A stretch of 64,000 nt of DNA, taken from positions 352,001-416,000 of the forward strand of contig JBFWWG010000001.1 in assembly GCA_050246315.1 (NCBI GenBank), given 5' to 3'. This stretch comes from Nitrospiraceae bacterium (GTDB lineage: Bacteria > Nitrospirota > Nitrospiria > Nitrospirales > Nitrospiraceae). The notes beneath the pieces were generated by a model. It searched no databases and was not told the DNA's origin. It saw nothing but the letters and a program-made list of their open reading frames with translations. The translations under genes and the position numbers were made by a program. Shown here one piece after another: positions 28,201 to 38,141 of this stretch (positions within the stretch are counted from its first letter, which is position 1; the number at the start of each line of letters is the position of its first letter).

Positions 28201-28253
28201 ACCGCGAAACTGAGACTGTCGGCGTGTCGATATTCACCGGTCGATGGTGACAA

Positions 28254-28517
28254 CTACGGCGTAGTCTGATCGGCCTGCTGACGCGTGCGATCCGCAGCCC
28301 CTTTAATGACATCCTCCGTTTGTCGAGTCTTCTCCATGGGCGTCTTCATCTGCTGAATCATCGCGTCCGCATCTTGGCGCGAGGGCGGAGGCGTGTCCTC
28401 CACATGCTTGTTGGTGGCAGACCCGATCGGTTTCGCCGTCGGATCTTGTCGCTCACAGGCCCCAAACGTGAGGAAGAGCAGACTCCCCATGGCCAGACTC
28501 ATTCCAAGATGTGTCAT
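28254..28517 (-). CDS. Small putative lipoprotein
   Basis: Hydrophobic leader ending in lipobox-like FGAC. Confidence 0.6.
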   Translation of the reverse strand: MTHLGMSLAMGSLLFLTFGACERQDPTAKPIGSATNKHVEDTPPPSRQDADAMIQQMKTPMEKTRQTEDVIKGAADRTRQQADQTTP

Positions 28518-28857
28518 GCGTGTTCCCTCATCATCCCACTTCCGCCGGTGTGAGCGAAGATATACCGCCACGCACCGCGAAATGGTTCCAGCCACGTCCA
28601 GTTCACGCCGAGGTGCACAGTCAAGCCATGCCCCATCTCAAGTGTCCTGGATGAAGCAATGGGGTCACGAATCGTTCCTGATGCACGCGCTTTGACCGGG
28701 CATTCTCGCAATGGAGTCCTGACATCGTCCTTCCCTCCTCGATCCCTCATCACAAAGCCCACTCACATGCCGCGCTCGGCAACACTATTGCCTCAACCTT
28801 GAAGAAAGACATCCTCGACAGTTAGTCGATCCCGATCAAGGATTGATCCGGCGCATC

Positions 28858-29247
28858 TTAGGAGGCGCCCGTTAGCAGAGTCCACAGCCTCGGAGTGCGC
28901 AGCACAAGCCCGCCCCATAGAAACACGGCAACATAGACTCCGAACAGGACATGAGTGACAAGCGGACTGCCCACGCGAACATGTGTGGCGACAGCGCCGC
29001 CGAGAAACGCCGTAAGATAAATAGCGCCAAGGATTGAGGTCCTTGGCACCGAATAGAGCACGACCCCCGTCAAGAGAAGTACGCCCAACGGAAAAACGAC
29101 GTTCTCCTGGTATCCCAGTCTTACGGTGCCTTCGACAACGGGGGTGACTTTCAACAATTTGCCAACCGCGTCAACGAGCAAGAACAGGACCGCCAGTCCA
29201 CTCAGTGCTCGTCCGGACCAGAGTTGAACCGCCGATATCGATTCCAT
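28858..29247 (-). CDS. DoxX-like membrane protein
   Basis: VPRTSILGAIYLTAFLGGAVATHVR. Confidence 0.85.
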   Translation of the reverse strand: MESISAVQLWSGRALSGLAVLFLLVDAVGKLLKVTPVVEGTVRLGYQENVVFPLGVLLLTGVVLYSVPRTSILGAIYLTAFLGGAVATHVRVGSPLVTHVLFGVYVAVFLWGGLVLRTPRLWTLLTGAS

Positions 29248-29315
29248 GGTGCACCTCCGGGGTTAGCGATAAGCCGCTTTTCATGTCATATTCACTGTAG
29301 TAAGCTACATCTAAT

Positions 29316-29978
29316 ATGCCGAAGAGGTCAAGACGCTATGTATCCCACATACGGAGCCTCGCCGCCGATGCTACCAAGACGCGGGTGCTACGCGCAGCAA
29401 GGACACTCTTTGCGGGCCGTGGCATTGACCGAGTGACCATTGCGCAGATTGCGAAGCAGGCGAAGGTTTCGGTGTCGACAGTTTTTGCCCTCTACAAGTC
29501 CAAAGAGGGCATCCTACGAGGGCTTATTGAGGCGGCGCTCTTCGGCCAGCACTTCCAGGCGGCAATCGCAGGATTGGAGGGCGAGTCTGACCCGGTTAGA
29601 CGGATTGCGCTTACTGCGCACGTTGCCCGAGCCATCTATGAAGCAGAAAGTTCGGAGCTCGGCCTTATACGTGGGGCCTCCGCCTTTTCGCCTGCCCTGC
29701 GAAACCTAGAAACAGAACTGGAAGAGCTCCGCTTCCAGATGCAGAAGGAGCGAGTCACGCTCCTGTTCGCACAATCCAAGCAGCGTAAGGGGTTGACCTT
29801 GGATGAGGCGCGTCGGATCATGTGGATGTACACCAGCCGTGATGTGTATCGCCTGCTGGTCCAGGAGGGCGGTTGGTCGCCGGACCGATATCAGAAATGG
29901 CTATCGACTACCTTGGTTAACGCGCTTGTCAAGCCTTCATCTCGAGGCGTCAGAAAATCGGACGCTGATCCGTTCTAA
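29316..29978 (+). CDS. TetR-family regulator, divergent from doxX
   Basis: VTIAQIAKQAKVSVSTVFALYKSKEGI HTH. Confidence 0.88.
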   Translation: MPKRSRRYVSHIRSLAADATKTRVLRAARTLFAGRGIDRVTIAQIAKQAKVSVSTVFALYKSKEGILRGLIEAALFGQHFQAAIAGLEGESDPVRRIALTAHVARAIYEAESSELGLIRGASAFSPALRNLETELEELRFQMQKERVTLLFAQSKQRKGLTLDEARRIMWMYTSRDVYRLLVQEGGWSPDRYQKWLSTTLVNALVKPSSRGVRKSDADPF

Positions 29979-30008
29979 TTCAACGAGAGATTTATGTGGC
30001 TGTTTTAT

Positions 30009-30064
30009 GGGGTCGTATATCAGGGTCTGGGGTCGTATATCAGGGTCTGGCATGAGTATTGACT
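30009..30064. repeat. 20-bp tandem duplication plus the 22-bp motif shared with 15688-15709
   Basis: GGGGTCGTATATCAGGGTCT x2, then GGCATGAGTATTGACT. Confidence 0.7.
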
Positions 30065-30160
30065 TATGGGCCCGCTGAATGTGCGCTCATCCTTCGCGAC
30101 CCTGAGTCCTTTATCTGCTGCGCGGCAGGAACGTGGCCGCCTTCGGCGGCGGTCTCCCTG

Positions 30161-30450
30161 TCATCCCTCTCCTCGTCGAAGCCAGGCTGTGAGTGCCTCG
30201 TACACATGCCGTCTATGACCGACAGCCATCAAGCGGATGATCCGTGCCTTGCGGTCGAGGCATAGACGATCCGGAACCGCCGGACCCGAACCTTCCACAA
30301 GCCGTCCAGTTCCCGCACAAGCGGTTCGCTTGACTCAGGGTTGATCGCAATGGCACGAACAGCCGATTTGATGGGACGCTTCAGGTCTGGGTGAAGAGAG
30401 TGGATCGTCTCAGCGACGCGCGGAGGGATATCGAGACGGAATGCCGTCAC
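30161..30450 (-). pseudogene. RelE/ParE-family toxin, frameshifted near 30258
   Basis: LDGLWKVRVRRFRIVYA continues in another frame as DRKARIIRLMAVGHRRHVYE. Confidence 0.8.
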
Positions 30451-30743
30451 GCGATGCGACGCTTCTTCACCGGGATGATCGGCTCGCCGAAGACATCCTC
30501 GAAGGAAAGACCTTTCTTGCCGGACCGATAGAAAGCCTTGCTCTCGGCGATTTGATCCATCAAAGCGGGATCGCTCAGCACATCAATGGTCTCCTTGAGA
30601 CGCGCATGCTCCTGAACGTTCATGAGGACGGCGGCTGGCCGGCCATTCTTCGTGACAACCACCTCCTCCTCGCGCTCTTCCACCGCAGCCACCAACTCAG
30701 GCAACCGGGCTTTGACCTCGGACAAGGGTAAGGTTTTCGCCAT
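30447..30743 (-). CDS. Phd/YefM antitoxin
   Basis: LSEVKARLPEL..VVVTKNGRPAAVLM..LKET. Confidence 0.9.
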   Translation of the reverse strand: MAKTLPLSEVKARLPELVAAVEEREEEVVVTKNGRPAAVLMNVQEHARLKETIDVLSDPALMDQIAESKAFYRSGKKGLSFEDVFGEPIIPVKKRRIA

Positions 30744-30848
30744 TGCCCACCTCCAGTTATATGTGACCATAATTCTGGTCACGACAGCATCAAGCAGGGC
30801 GAGCGCGTCAATCGGCATGTCGGGCGTCCAGCCGATGGTCGCCCCCGT

Positions 30849-31586
30849 TCACGGAATCTGGAGGCCAATGGCAAACGACGCTGCGTAGCCGTTGGCCGCA
30901 GCCGACGGAGCCAGCATGAGCTGATCGCCGCCACGCCGGAAGATCCGATCATGCTGATTGCGTGCGCGGCGAGGCCCTCTCGCGGCATAGGGCGGGTCTG
31001 CATGGACGCGATCCGTCAGCCCATCGTCGAAGTACATTTGCGACGTGAACTCAAAACTTCGCCCAGCCACCGGCGCGGTGCGAATCTTGAAGTGGATATG
31101 TACCGTCCGGCCCTCATACCAGCCTGGGTAGATCGTGATGAACCGGGCCTCGCCCTGCGCGTCGGTGATCTGGTAGCCACGGAAGAACTTCTGGCCGATG
31201 GTGTTGAAATCCGGATCGCGGACATCGGAGTAGATGCCCGTGGCATCACAATGCCAGATGTCGACTTGAGCTCCCGGGAGAGGCCGGCAATCCGTCCCGG
31301 TGATGCGGGACACGTGGAGTGTCAAAGCCAACGGCGTGCCCGGCCGAACGACTCCGTCACCGGGATCAGTCCGGATATCGGATCGATGCAAGCGTTCATC
31401 GACGAAATAGGGACCTTCGGTTTGTTCCGGTCGGATCACACAGGAAGAGTTCGGCGAATCCGCCAAAGCTCGCCGCGGGTTCAGACCGCTCGCCAGCCAC
31501 AGTGCGCCGCCGGCGCCCAGCCATGCCATGACCTCTCGGCGAGAGAGGACGCGGCCGATTGGTGCGTTTTCATGCGTCATGGACAC
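30849..31586 (-). CDS. Intradiol ring-cleavage dioxygenase-family protein with Tat signal
   Basis: LSRREV; TEGPYF, VDIWHCDATGIYS, TIYPGWYEGRTVHIH. Confidence 0.88.
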   Translation of the reverse strand: MSMTHENAPIGRVLSRREVMAWLGAGGALWLASGLNPRRALADSPNSSCVIRPEQTEGPYFVDERLHRSDIRTDPGDGVVRPGTPLALTLHVSRITGTDCRPLPGAQVDIWHCDATGIYSDVRDPDFNTIGQKFFRGYQITDAQGEARFITIYPGWYEGRTVHIHFKIRTAPVAGRSFEFTSQMYFDDGLTDRVHADPPYAARGPRRARNQHDRIFRRGGDQLMLAPSAAANGYAASFAIGLQIP

Positions 31587-31729
31587 CGTCTTTCTTTCTG
31601 AGCGCGACGCCTCGCTCGATCTCCTGATCGCAGCCCCCTGAGCCTGGGGCAGCCCCCGTCACAGAGTAAATCCCTCTTTCCGGTTGCGCAAGATCCTATA
31701 CGCTCACTCGTCAGCAATGGATGGGAGAA

Positions 31730-32018
31730 CAGCAGAACACTGACCATGAGTGTCTGAGACGGGAGACCTTCCTCGGCCGCTCGCGCCTGGATATCCGCAA
31801 GATCCAGCGTGGACATGCGGATATTCGCACGCCGCTTCACGGTGGGACTGGCAGTTGCGTATTGACGATATCGACGCAGCGACGCCTCCGAGGTCGCGAC
31901 CGACTTGAGCTCGCCGCGCTCGTACGCGGAGAGAATCCGATTCTCGTAGCGGTCCAGTCTCTTCATTTCTCGCCTCTTCTCCCATAGTCTCGGGTAGCTT
32001 TTCGGCTTGGAATGATGG
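31730..32018 (-). pseudogene. BrnT/BrnA-like TA relic (toxin C-terminal stub plus truncated RHH antitoxin)
   Basis: IIPSRKATRDY..EK* overlapping MKRLDRYENRIL..NIRMS..DL..IQARAAEEGLPSQTLM. Confidence 0.7.
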
Positions 32019-32085
32019 ACTTACCCCCGCCACGGCCAGGGATGATGGGCGTTCCCACTCTCGTGACGCGAAGTGAACCGCTCGA

Positions 32086-32757
32086 TCAGATCTGCCGGAT
32101 CGGCGACAGCCGCTCCGGTCGCTCCGCGATACCCTGTCCCGCCTCCGCAACCGGGAGGTACTGGCCGGCCTGGTCGTCGAACGCCACGACATTGCCGCTC
32201 TCGATCTCGTAGACCCAAGCATGGAGCCGCAGCGTGCCCCGACTCATCGCCGCCAAGACCGACGGGTGCGTTCTGAGATTCTCGATCTGCACGAGCACGT
32301 TCTCTTGGATGCAGGCTTCGAGCTTCTCCTCTTTCGGCAGGTCCTTGTAATGCGTCGCCATCACCCGTCGTGTAGCCTCGGCGTAGGTCAGCCAGCCCTT
32401 CGTGGCCGGCAAGCTGTCCAGCGAGGATGGATCCAAGACCGCCTGCATCGCGCCGCAATAGGTGTGGCCGCAGATAATGATGTATTTCACCGCCAGCGCC
32501 TCGATGGCATATTCGATCGCAGCGGCTTCCGCTCCGTGCAACGGGCCGTAGGGCGGGATGATGTTGCCGGCGTTGCGCAGGATGAAGAGGTCGCCCGGGA
32601 CGGTCTGGGTCAGTAGGGTAGGGCTCACTCGGCTGTCCGAGCAGGTCACAAAGAGCGCGTTCGGCTCTTGCCCCTTGCTCAGACGCTCGAACAGCTCCTT
32701 TTTTCTGCCGAACACGCCGGACTGAAACCGGTGAATGCCGTCGATCAGCCTTCTCAT
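32086..32757 (-). CDS. Beta-class carbonic anhydrase (CynT-like)
   Basis: TCSDSRV, RNAGN, CGHTYCGAM zinc ligands. Confidence 0.93.
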   Translation of the reverse strand: MRRLIDGIHRFQSGVFGRKKELFERLSKGQEPNALFVTCSDSRVSPTLLTQTVPGDLFILRNAGNIIPPYGPLHGAEAAAIEYAIEALAVKYIIICGHTYCGAMQAVLDPSSLDSLPATKGWLTYAEATRRVMATHYKDLPKEEKLEACIQENVLVQIENLRTHPSVLAAMSRGTLRLHAWVYEIESGNVVAFDDQAGQYLPVAEAGQGIAERPERLSPIRQI

Positions 32758-32780
32758 TCTTTCTCGTATCCTTTCGTCTG

Positions 32781-32822
32781 CCCCCTCACCTTTATCCTTT
32801 CCCCCACCGGGGGAGAGGCGGG
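32781..32822. repeat. REP-like element (CCCCCTCACC..TCCCCC..GGGGGAGAGG type)
   Basis: Intergenic imperfect palindrome. Confidence 0.55.
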
Positions 32823-32832
32823 TAGAGGAGGC

Positions 32833-33474
32833 TCAGTACCCCACCGTAAACCGCTGCCGGATATGCGCCGGGCGTTCGACCTCGTCGATCATGGCCATCG
32901 CGTAGTCTTCGACCGAGATCCGGCTCTGTCCATGTTCATCCGTCAACATTTGATCTGCGCCGAGCCGGAACTTGCCCGTCCGTTGGCCCGGAGCCAAGTC
33001 GGCGGACGGGGAGAGGAACGACCAGTCGAGGCCGGTCTCCCGGCGCAGCAGGTTCAGGGCTTCGCGCGTCGCCAGCGCGCCCTGCTTATACTCGGCGGGG
33101 AACCCTGGCAGGTCCAAAGCCTGCACACCCGGCTTGACCTCCAAACTGCCGGCCCCGCCGACGAACAGTAGCCGCTTCATCTTGGCCTTCTTCACCCCGG
33201 CGATAATCGCTTGCGTCCCCTTGACCTGAAGGTTGTAAATGTCCGGATTGCCCCAGCCAGGATTGAAGGCGCTGATGACGGCCTCATGTCCTGCGACCAG
33301 CCGAGCCACCTCGTCTTCGTTGTAGACGTCCCCCTTCTGAGGATGGAGTTTTGGATGTGGCGGTAGTTTCTCCGGATCGCGCACGATGGCCGTGACTTCA
33401 TGGCTCCGCTGCAAGGCTTCCTTCAAAATCGCCGAACCGACGAACCCGGTGGCGCCGATGACTGCGATCTTCAT
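32833..33474 (-). CDS. NAD(P)H-binding oxidoreductase (flavin reductase-like)
   Basis: MKIAVIGATGFVG, VGGAGSL, SRISVEDYA..HIRQRFTVGY. Confidence 0.88.
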   Translation of the reverse strand: MKIAVIGATGFVGSAILKEALQRSHEVTAIVRDPEKLPPHPKLHPQKGDVYNEDEVARLVAGHEAVISAFNPGWGNPDIYNLQVKGTQAIIAGVKKAKMKRLLFVGGAGSLEVKPGVQALDLPGFPAEYKQGALATREALNLLRRETGLDWSFLSPSADLAPGQRTGKFRLGADQMLTDEHGQSRISVEDYAMAMIDEVERPAHIRQRFTVGY

Positions 33475-33544
33475 CGTAGACCCTCCTGGATGACTCATCT
33501 GATCGAATCGAACGGGATCGTGACTCGCCCGGCCTCCGGCGGTT

Positions 33545-34129
33545 TTACACGTCACGATCCTTGCCGCCGCCACGAGTACGAACCACGCGAGCCGGATTGC
33601 CGACCACGACGCAGGCCGGCGGCACATCCCGAACCACGACGCTGCCCGCGCCGACCACGCTCCCGTCTCCAATGGTCACCCCTGCAAGGATGATCGCGCC
33701 GCCTCCGATCCAGACATCCTTGCCGACGCTGATCGGACGAGCATATTCCAACCCGGCTCGCCGGATGTCCGCGTCAAGCGGATGCTCGGCGGTGTACAGT
33801 TGCACGGCCGGTCCCATCTGCACATCGTCGCCGATTTCGATGGGCGCGCAGTCGAGGAAGACACAGTGGTAGTTGATGAACACATTGCGCCCGATCCGGA
33901 TGTTATAGCCGTAGTCGCAGGCAAAGACCGGTTTGATCACGGCGCCGTCGCCGCAAGCGCCCAAGAGTTCGCGCAGGAGCGCCGTCCGTTCGCCCGGCGC
34001 TTCATCCGAGGTCGCGTTGTACCGTGTCAACAGACGTTGTGCCCGCCGAATGTCCGCGACCAGTTCGGGATCAGCGGAGCGATAGAGTTCACCCGCCAGC
34101 ATCTTCGCCTTTTCCGTCTTGACGCCCAT
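33545..34129 (-). CDS. Sugar (maltose) O-acetyltransferase
   Basis: EKAKMLAGELY, CDYGYNI, hexapeptide repeats, GNPAR. Confidence 0.92.
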   Translation of the reverse strand: MGVKTEKAKMLAGELYRSADPELVADIRRAQRLLTRYNATSDEAPGERTALLRELLGACGDGAVIKPVFACDYGYNIRIGRNVFINYHCVFLDCAPIEIGDDVQMGPAVQLYTAEHPLDADIRRAGLEYARPISVGKDVWIGGGAIILAGVTIGDGSVVGAGSVVVRDVPPACVVVGNPARVVRTRGGGKDRDV

Positions 34130-34178
34130 TGCATCCCTTCGCCTGAGCGGATCGCACCCGCCACCTCGGACTTTGAGC

Positions 34179-36215
34179 TTACTTCAATGTAGACTCACCG
34201 GACACGTGCGAGATCAGGTGGCGGAGCATCCGCTCCGAGCGGATGACGCCGACCAAACGCCGCGAGTCCCTGTCCTCGACGACCGGCAGCCAGTCGAGAT
34301 CGTGCTTGTTCATCACATCGCCGCCCATCAGGCTCGTGTCCTCCGGCGTGACCATGACGGGATCGACCTTCATGAAATCCCGGACGTTCGCCGTCGCGGT
34401 CTTCCCCTGGGCAAAGGCTTCGAACAACTCGTTCCTCGTGATGACCCCCTGCAAGCGTCCGTCCTGATCCAGCACGCAGAGGAATTCGAGCCCGTGCTCA
34501 TCAAACAGGCGGACGGCATCCTCAAACGTGTCGTCGGGCGAGAGGCGGTGCTCGGGGGCCATGTCCATGAAGGCGGACAGAGGCTGGCGTTCGAGAACGG
34601 CCCAGGCTTGGGTGAGCCGTGGATTCAGGCGAGGACGCCGCCATCGGAGCGTTTGGGCCATCAGATTGCGAAAGGGAGCGAGCGTGCCGGAAATTTGCGA
34701 GAAGACTTCTTTGCCCATGACGAGCACCTCGACCGCCGTGCGCGCTCGGACGCTCGCGCTGCGCACCGTTCCGTCGAGAAGCGCCATCTCGCCGAAAAAT
34801 TCTCCCGGGCCCAACCGACCGATGATCTTCGGCTGTCCCCTCGAGTCACGCCGTATGGCTTCGACCTCGCCCTGTTCGATCACATAAAAATTTATCGCCG
34901 GCTCGCCCTCGACAAAGATGATGTCGCCGGGGCGATAGTGCGCCCGCGCGATCCGTTCGGTCTGATTGGTCCTAGGGTGGGCCAGATCGCGAGGAAACAA
35001 CAGTTCCCAAGTCCAATCGAACGCGATCTTGATTCGGCGTGACCAGGAAGGGGATTTCAACAGATACACGGTCCGCCACAGCCACCAGGCCGGAAACCCC
35101 GAGAGGCGGACGCCCAGAATCTCGGCCACCGCGTTCCGCTCCCCGATGCCGCAGAGTTGGCCCAACGGCTTGAAGAAAAACGGCCTGGTGGGTTCACGCC
35201 GGAGTACCCGGACGATGTTCTCCGCCGCTTGACGCCCTTGTCGTTCGGCAAACTGACCGGTTGTTGGAGAGACCTGTTTGTCGTAGGCATTGATAATGCC
35301 GGCGCAGTCGCCGATCGCCCATAGGTTCCGCGTCCCCTGCACGCGCATGTCCGGATCCGTCAGCAACCGGCCGCCTTCCTTAGGTGCCTCAAGCCGTTGC
35401 ACCAGGAGCGGCATGGTGGTCCCGATCGTGCAGACGACTGTGGCGCCCCGGATCATCCGACCGTCCTGAAGTTCGACCCCCTCGGCCGTGGCCAACCGGG
35501 CGCGCGCGCTCAACACCATCCGGATTCCGGCCTGCTCCATCTTCGTTCGTGCAAACTCGCGCAACGTCGAGCTCACTTCCGGAAGAATCTGATCCTTGGC
35601 ATGCACCAGCGTGACGCTGACTTCGCGGGCCGTGAAATTACCGTAGAACCGCAGGCTGGCTCGCACCAGGTCATTGATCTCGCCGGCCGCCTCCACTCCG
35701 GTAAAGCCGCCGCCGACTACCACGAATGACAGATACCAACGGCGCCGGTCCGGATCATCGCAGACCTCCGCCCTTTCCAGTTGCTCCATCACGTGAAATC
35801 GCAGCGCCATGGCATCGCCGACCGACTTCAACGGAAACGCGTGGTCGGCCATGCCTGGCACGAGGCTGAGATTGACCGCGGTTCCACAGGCCAGCACCGC
35901 ATGGTCGAACGCCATACGATTCTGGCGTCCATCGTACCCCTCGTATTCCACCTCGGAGGCAGCCAGGTCGATCTGTCTGACTTCTTCCGTCCGGCACTGT
36001 ACGCGAGGCAACATCTGGCGCAACGGGACCGTGACCGCCCCGGGGTTGATCGCCGCCCCCGCCACTTCCGCCAGCAACGGGTAAAAGACCATGTTGTTCT
36101 CTTGGCTGAACAGCACAATCTCGCAAGACTGCTGAGGCAATCGCTGACGCAGGGTTCTCGCGCATTTCACGCCGGCAAATCCGCCGCCCACTATGATGAT
36201 CCGTGTCATACCCAT
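34179..36215 (-). CDS. Type II NADH dehydrogenase fused to cNMP-binding and CBS domains
   Basis: IIVGGGFAG, VVGGGFTGVEAAGE, WAIGDCA; GEFFGEMALL..RSASVRA; CBS pair. Confidence 0.88.
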   Translation of the reverse strand: MGMTRIIIVGGGFAGVKCARTLRQRLPQQSCEIVLFSQENNMVFYPLLAEVAGAAINPGAVTVPLRQMLPRVQCRTEEVRQIDLAASEVEYEGYDGRQNRMAFDHAVLACGTAVNLSLVPGMADHAFPLKSVGDAMALRFHVMEQLERAEVCDDPDRRRWYLSFVVVGGGFTGVEAAGEINDLVRASLRFYGNFTAREVSVTLVHAKDQILPEVSSTLREFARTKMEQAGIRMVLSARARLATAEGVELQDGRMIRGATVVCTIGTTMPLLVQRLEAPKEGGRLLTDPDMRVQGTRNLWAIGDCAGIINAYDKQVSPTTGQFAERQGRQAAENIVRVLRREPTRPFFFKPLGQLCGIGERNAVAEILGVRLSGFPAWWLWRTVYLLKSPSWSRRIKIAFDWTWELLFPRDLAHPRTNQTERIARAHYRPGDIIFVEGEPAINFYVIEQGEVEAIRRDSRGQPKIIGRLGPGEFFGEMALLDGTVRSASVRARTAVEVLVMGKEVFSQISGTLAPFRNLMAQTLRWRRPRLNPRLTQAWAVLERQPLSAFMDMAPEHRLSPDDTFEDAVRLFDEHGLEFLCVLDQDGRLQGVITRNELFEAFAQGKTATANVRDFMKVDPVMVTPEDTSLMGGDVMNKHDLDWLPVVEDRDSRRLVGVIRSERMLRHLISHVSGESTLK

Positions 36216-36297
36216 GACTTTGATGGTCAGCCCGTCCAGACCCATTACCCTCGGTCGATGACGAAGATCCGTACGCAGGTCGCCGAACGCTTACCGG

Positions 36298-37341
36298 TTA
36301 TCGGTCGCCGAACTCAAAAATGTCGTGTGAATCGGTCATCACATGCATGCCGGTGATGCCGGCAGATTGGATATCTCCACTCGCGAGGTGCAGTCGATCA
36401 CCCACGACGGCACCGGCCAAGCCGTGCCGGGGCATCGGCATCATGGGGAGTTCCGACCAGCTGTTCGTCGCCGGATCGTACGCTTCCAACGCGCGAAACG
36501 CCGCCATCAGATGCCCGTCCTGGTGCTCTCCGCCGGCCACGTAGATTCGTCCTTTGTAGACAGCCCAAGCTCCCCCGCTTCGCTCGGTCGGCATGCGGGC
36601 TTTCACCAGACCCCACTGGTCCGTAGCAGGATCGTATTCTTCCACCACGTTCGTGTTGCTGGCGGTGAATATGAACGCGCTACCCAGCCGGCCGCCGATC
36701 ACGTAGACCTTGCTGTTCACTACGCCGACGGCGGCATGGTTTCGTGCGGTCGGCATCGAGGAACGCTCGGACCAGGTGTTCGTCTTCGGATCGTATTCCT
36801 CGACGGTCCCGACCGACCGGTGGGGCCGTGCCGGATACAGGGCGATCTCGTTTGACCCAGGGTGGAGTGCCGCGCCACCGATCACGTAAATCTTCCCATT
36901 CACCGTGGCGGCGACGGCTGAGCCGCGCTTCGACGGCATTGCGGCCAATGCTTTCCAGCGATCTGCCTCCGGGTCGTACTCCCAGGCGTTGTTGATCGGC
37001 ACCCAGGCAGGCGGCCCCGACTCCGGGGGAACGAAACCACCGAATGCATAGAACTTTCCATTGAGCTCTGTGAAGGCGACATGGTGCGCCGGCAAAGCCA
37101 TCGGTTTTTTCTTTGTCCACATGTTCGTCGCCGGATCGTACTCGTACACAAGACCCTGAGGTGTCCAACCCGGCCCGAGTCCGCCGAAGACGTAAAACTT
37201 GCCGCCACTCGAACCACCGACCAGTTCCTCGGACGGCTCTGGAAACGGCGCGCCCTTGATCCACTTACCGGGATATTGCGCTACAGCGGGAGCAACGAGC
37301 ATGAGCATGCTCATCATTGCGATCAACACAAACGCTTGCAT
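36298..37341 (-). CDS. Secreted Kelch-repeat protein
   Basis: Signal peptide; six repeats of YVxGG..EYDPxTNxW; GAGGAGG RBS. Confidence 0.88.
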   Translation of the reverse strand: MQAFVLIAMMSMLMLVAPAVAQYPGKWIKGAPFPEPSEELVGGSSGGKFYVFGGLGPGWTPQGLVYEYDPATNMWTKKKPMALPAHHVAFTELNGKFYAFGGFVPPESGPPAWVPINNAWEYDPEADRWKALAAMPSKRGSAVAATVNGKIYVIGGAALHPGSNEIALYPARPHRSVGTVEEYDPKTNTWSERSSMPTARNHAAVGVVNSKVYVIGGRLGSAFIFTASNTNVVEEYDPATDQWGLVKARMPTERSGGAWAVYKGRIYVAGGEHQDGHLMAAFRALEAYDPATNSWSELPMMPMPRHGLAGAVVGDRLHLASGDIQSAGITGMHVMTDSHDIFEFGDR

Positions 37342-37433
37342 ACACCCTCCTCGTCGATAGGGAAAAGATCGAACGCCATGACCATTATCAGCATTCGGAA
37401 TCGCCCTACTCAGATATCGCCGGGACATGAAGG

Positions 37434-37826
37434 CTAACCTCTTCCACGCGCCGCGTCCACGCTCCAGGTACAGGACCCCTGTGAAGAGGTGTACAGGAAC
37501 GTGAAACAATACAGAACCGCGAGTTCCTCCTTGTTCTGAATAGGCAACGGCGCCTGCGTGCCGTGTGCCGTCCAATAGGCGGCGGCCATCAAACCGCTTC
37601 AGAGAAACGTCGCCCACCCGGCATAAGGACCGATCATCACGAGCGCGCCACCGATCAATTCCATCGAACCGGCCAGGTATGCGATAAAAGAGGAACTGGG
37701 TGCGGCGTTCCGGGAAGTCCGAACAACTTCTGTGTACCGTGCCAGAGAAACAGGAACCCGGTGACGATGCGCAACAATGCATAGGCTTGAGCGGTACAGG
37801 CATGGATGAATGACGGGATGATTCTC
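37434..37826 (-). pseudogene. Decayed DoxX paralog of 45896-46282
   Basis: QAYALLRIVTGFLFLWHGTQKLFG / ELIGGALVMIGPYAGWATFL*SGLMA..ELAVLYCF with frameshift and stop. Confidence 0.78.
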
Positions 37827-37828
37827 TC

Positions 37829-38093
37829 CCTCGGAGGCAGCCAGGTCGATCTGTCTGACTTCTTCCGTCCGGCACTGTACGCGAGGCAACATCTGGCGCA
37901 ACGGGACCGTGACCGCCCCGGGGTTGATCGCCGCCCCCGCCACTTCCGCCAGCAACGGGTAAAAGACCATGTTGTTCTCTTGGCTGAACAGCACAATCTC
38001 GCAAGCCTGCTGAGGCAATCGCTGACGCAGGGTTCTCGCGCATTTCACGCCGGCGAAGCCCCCGCCGATGATGATGATTCTCGTAGGGTGCAT
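37829..38093 (-). pseudogene. Truncated duplicate of the ndh 5' end
   Basis: 37829 to about 38054 is near-identical to 35951 to about 36176. Confidence 0.85.
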
Positions 38094-38141
38094 CTCAGTC
38101 GAGGATTCGGGACGAACGATTGTCCATCAGGCTCCCGTCGG

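Noticed and set aside
37342..38043. 581-aa ORF 36298-38043 as one protein
   Set aside because: The N-terminal part is off-frame ndh/doxX relic sequence; the Kelch gene has its own RBS and signal peptide at 37341
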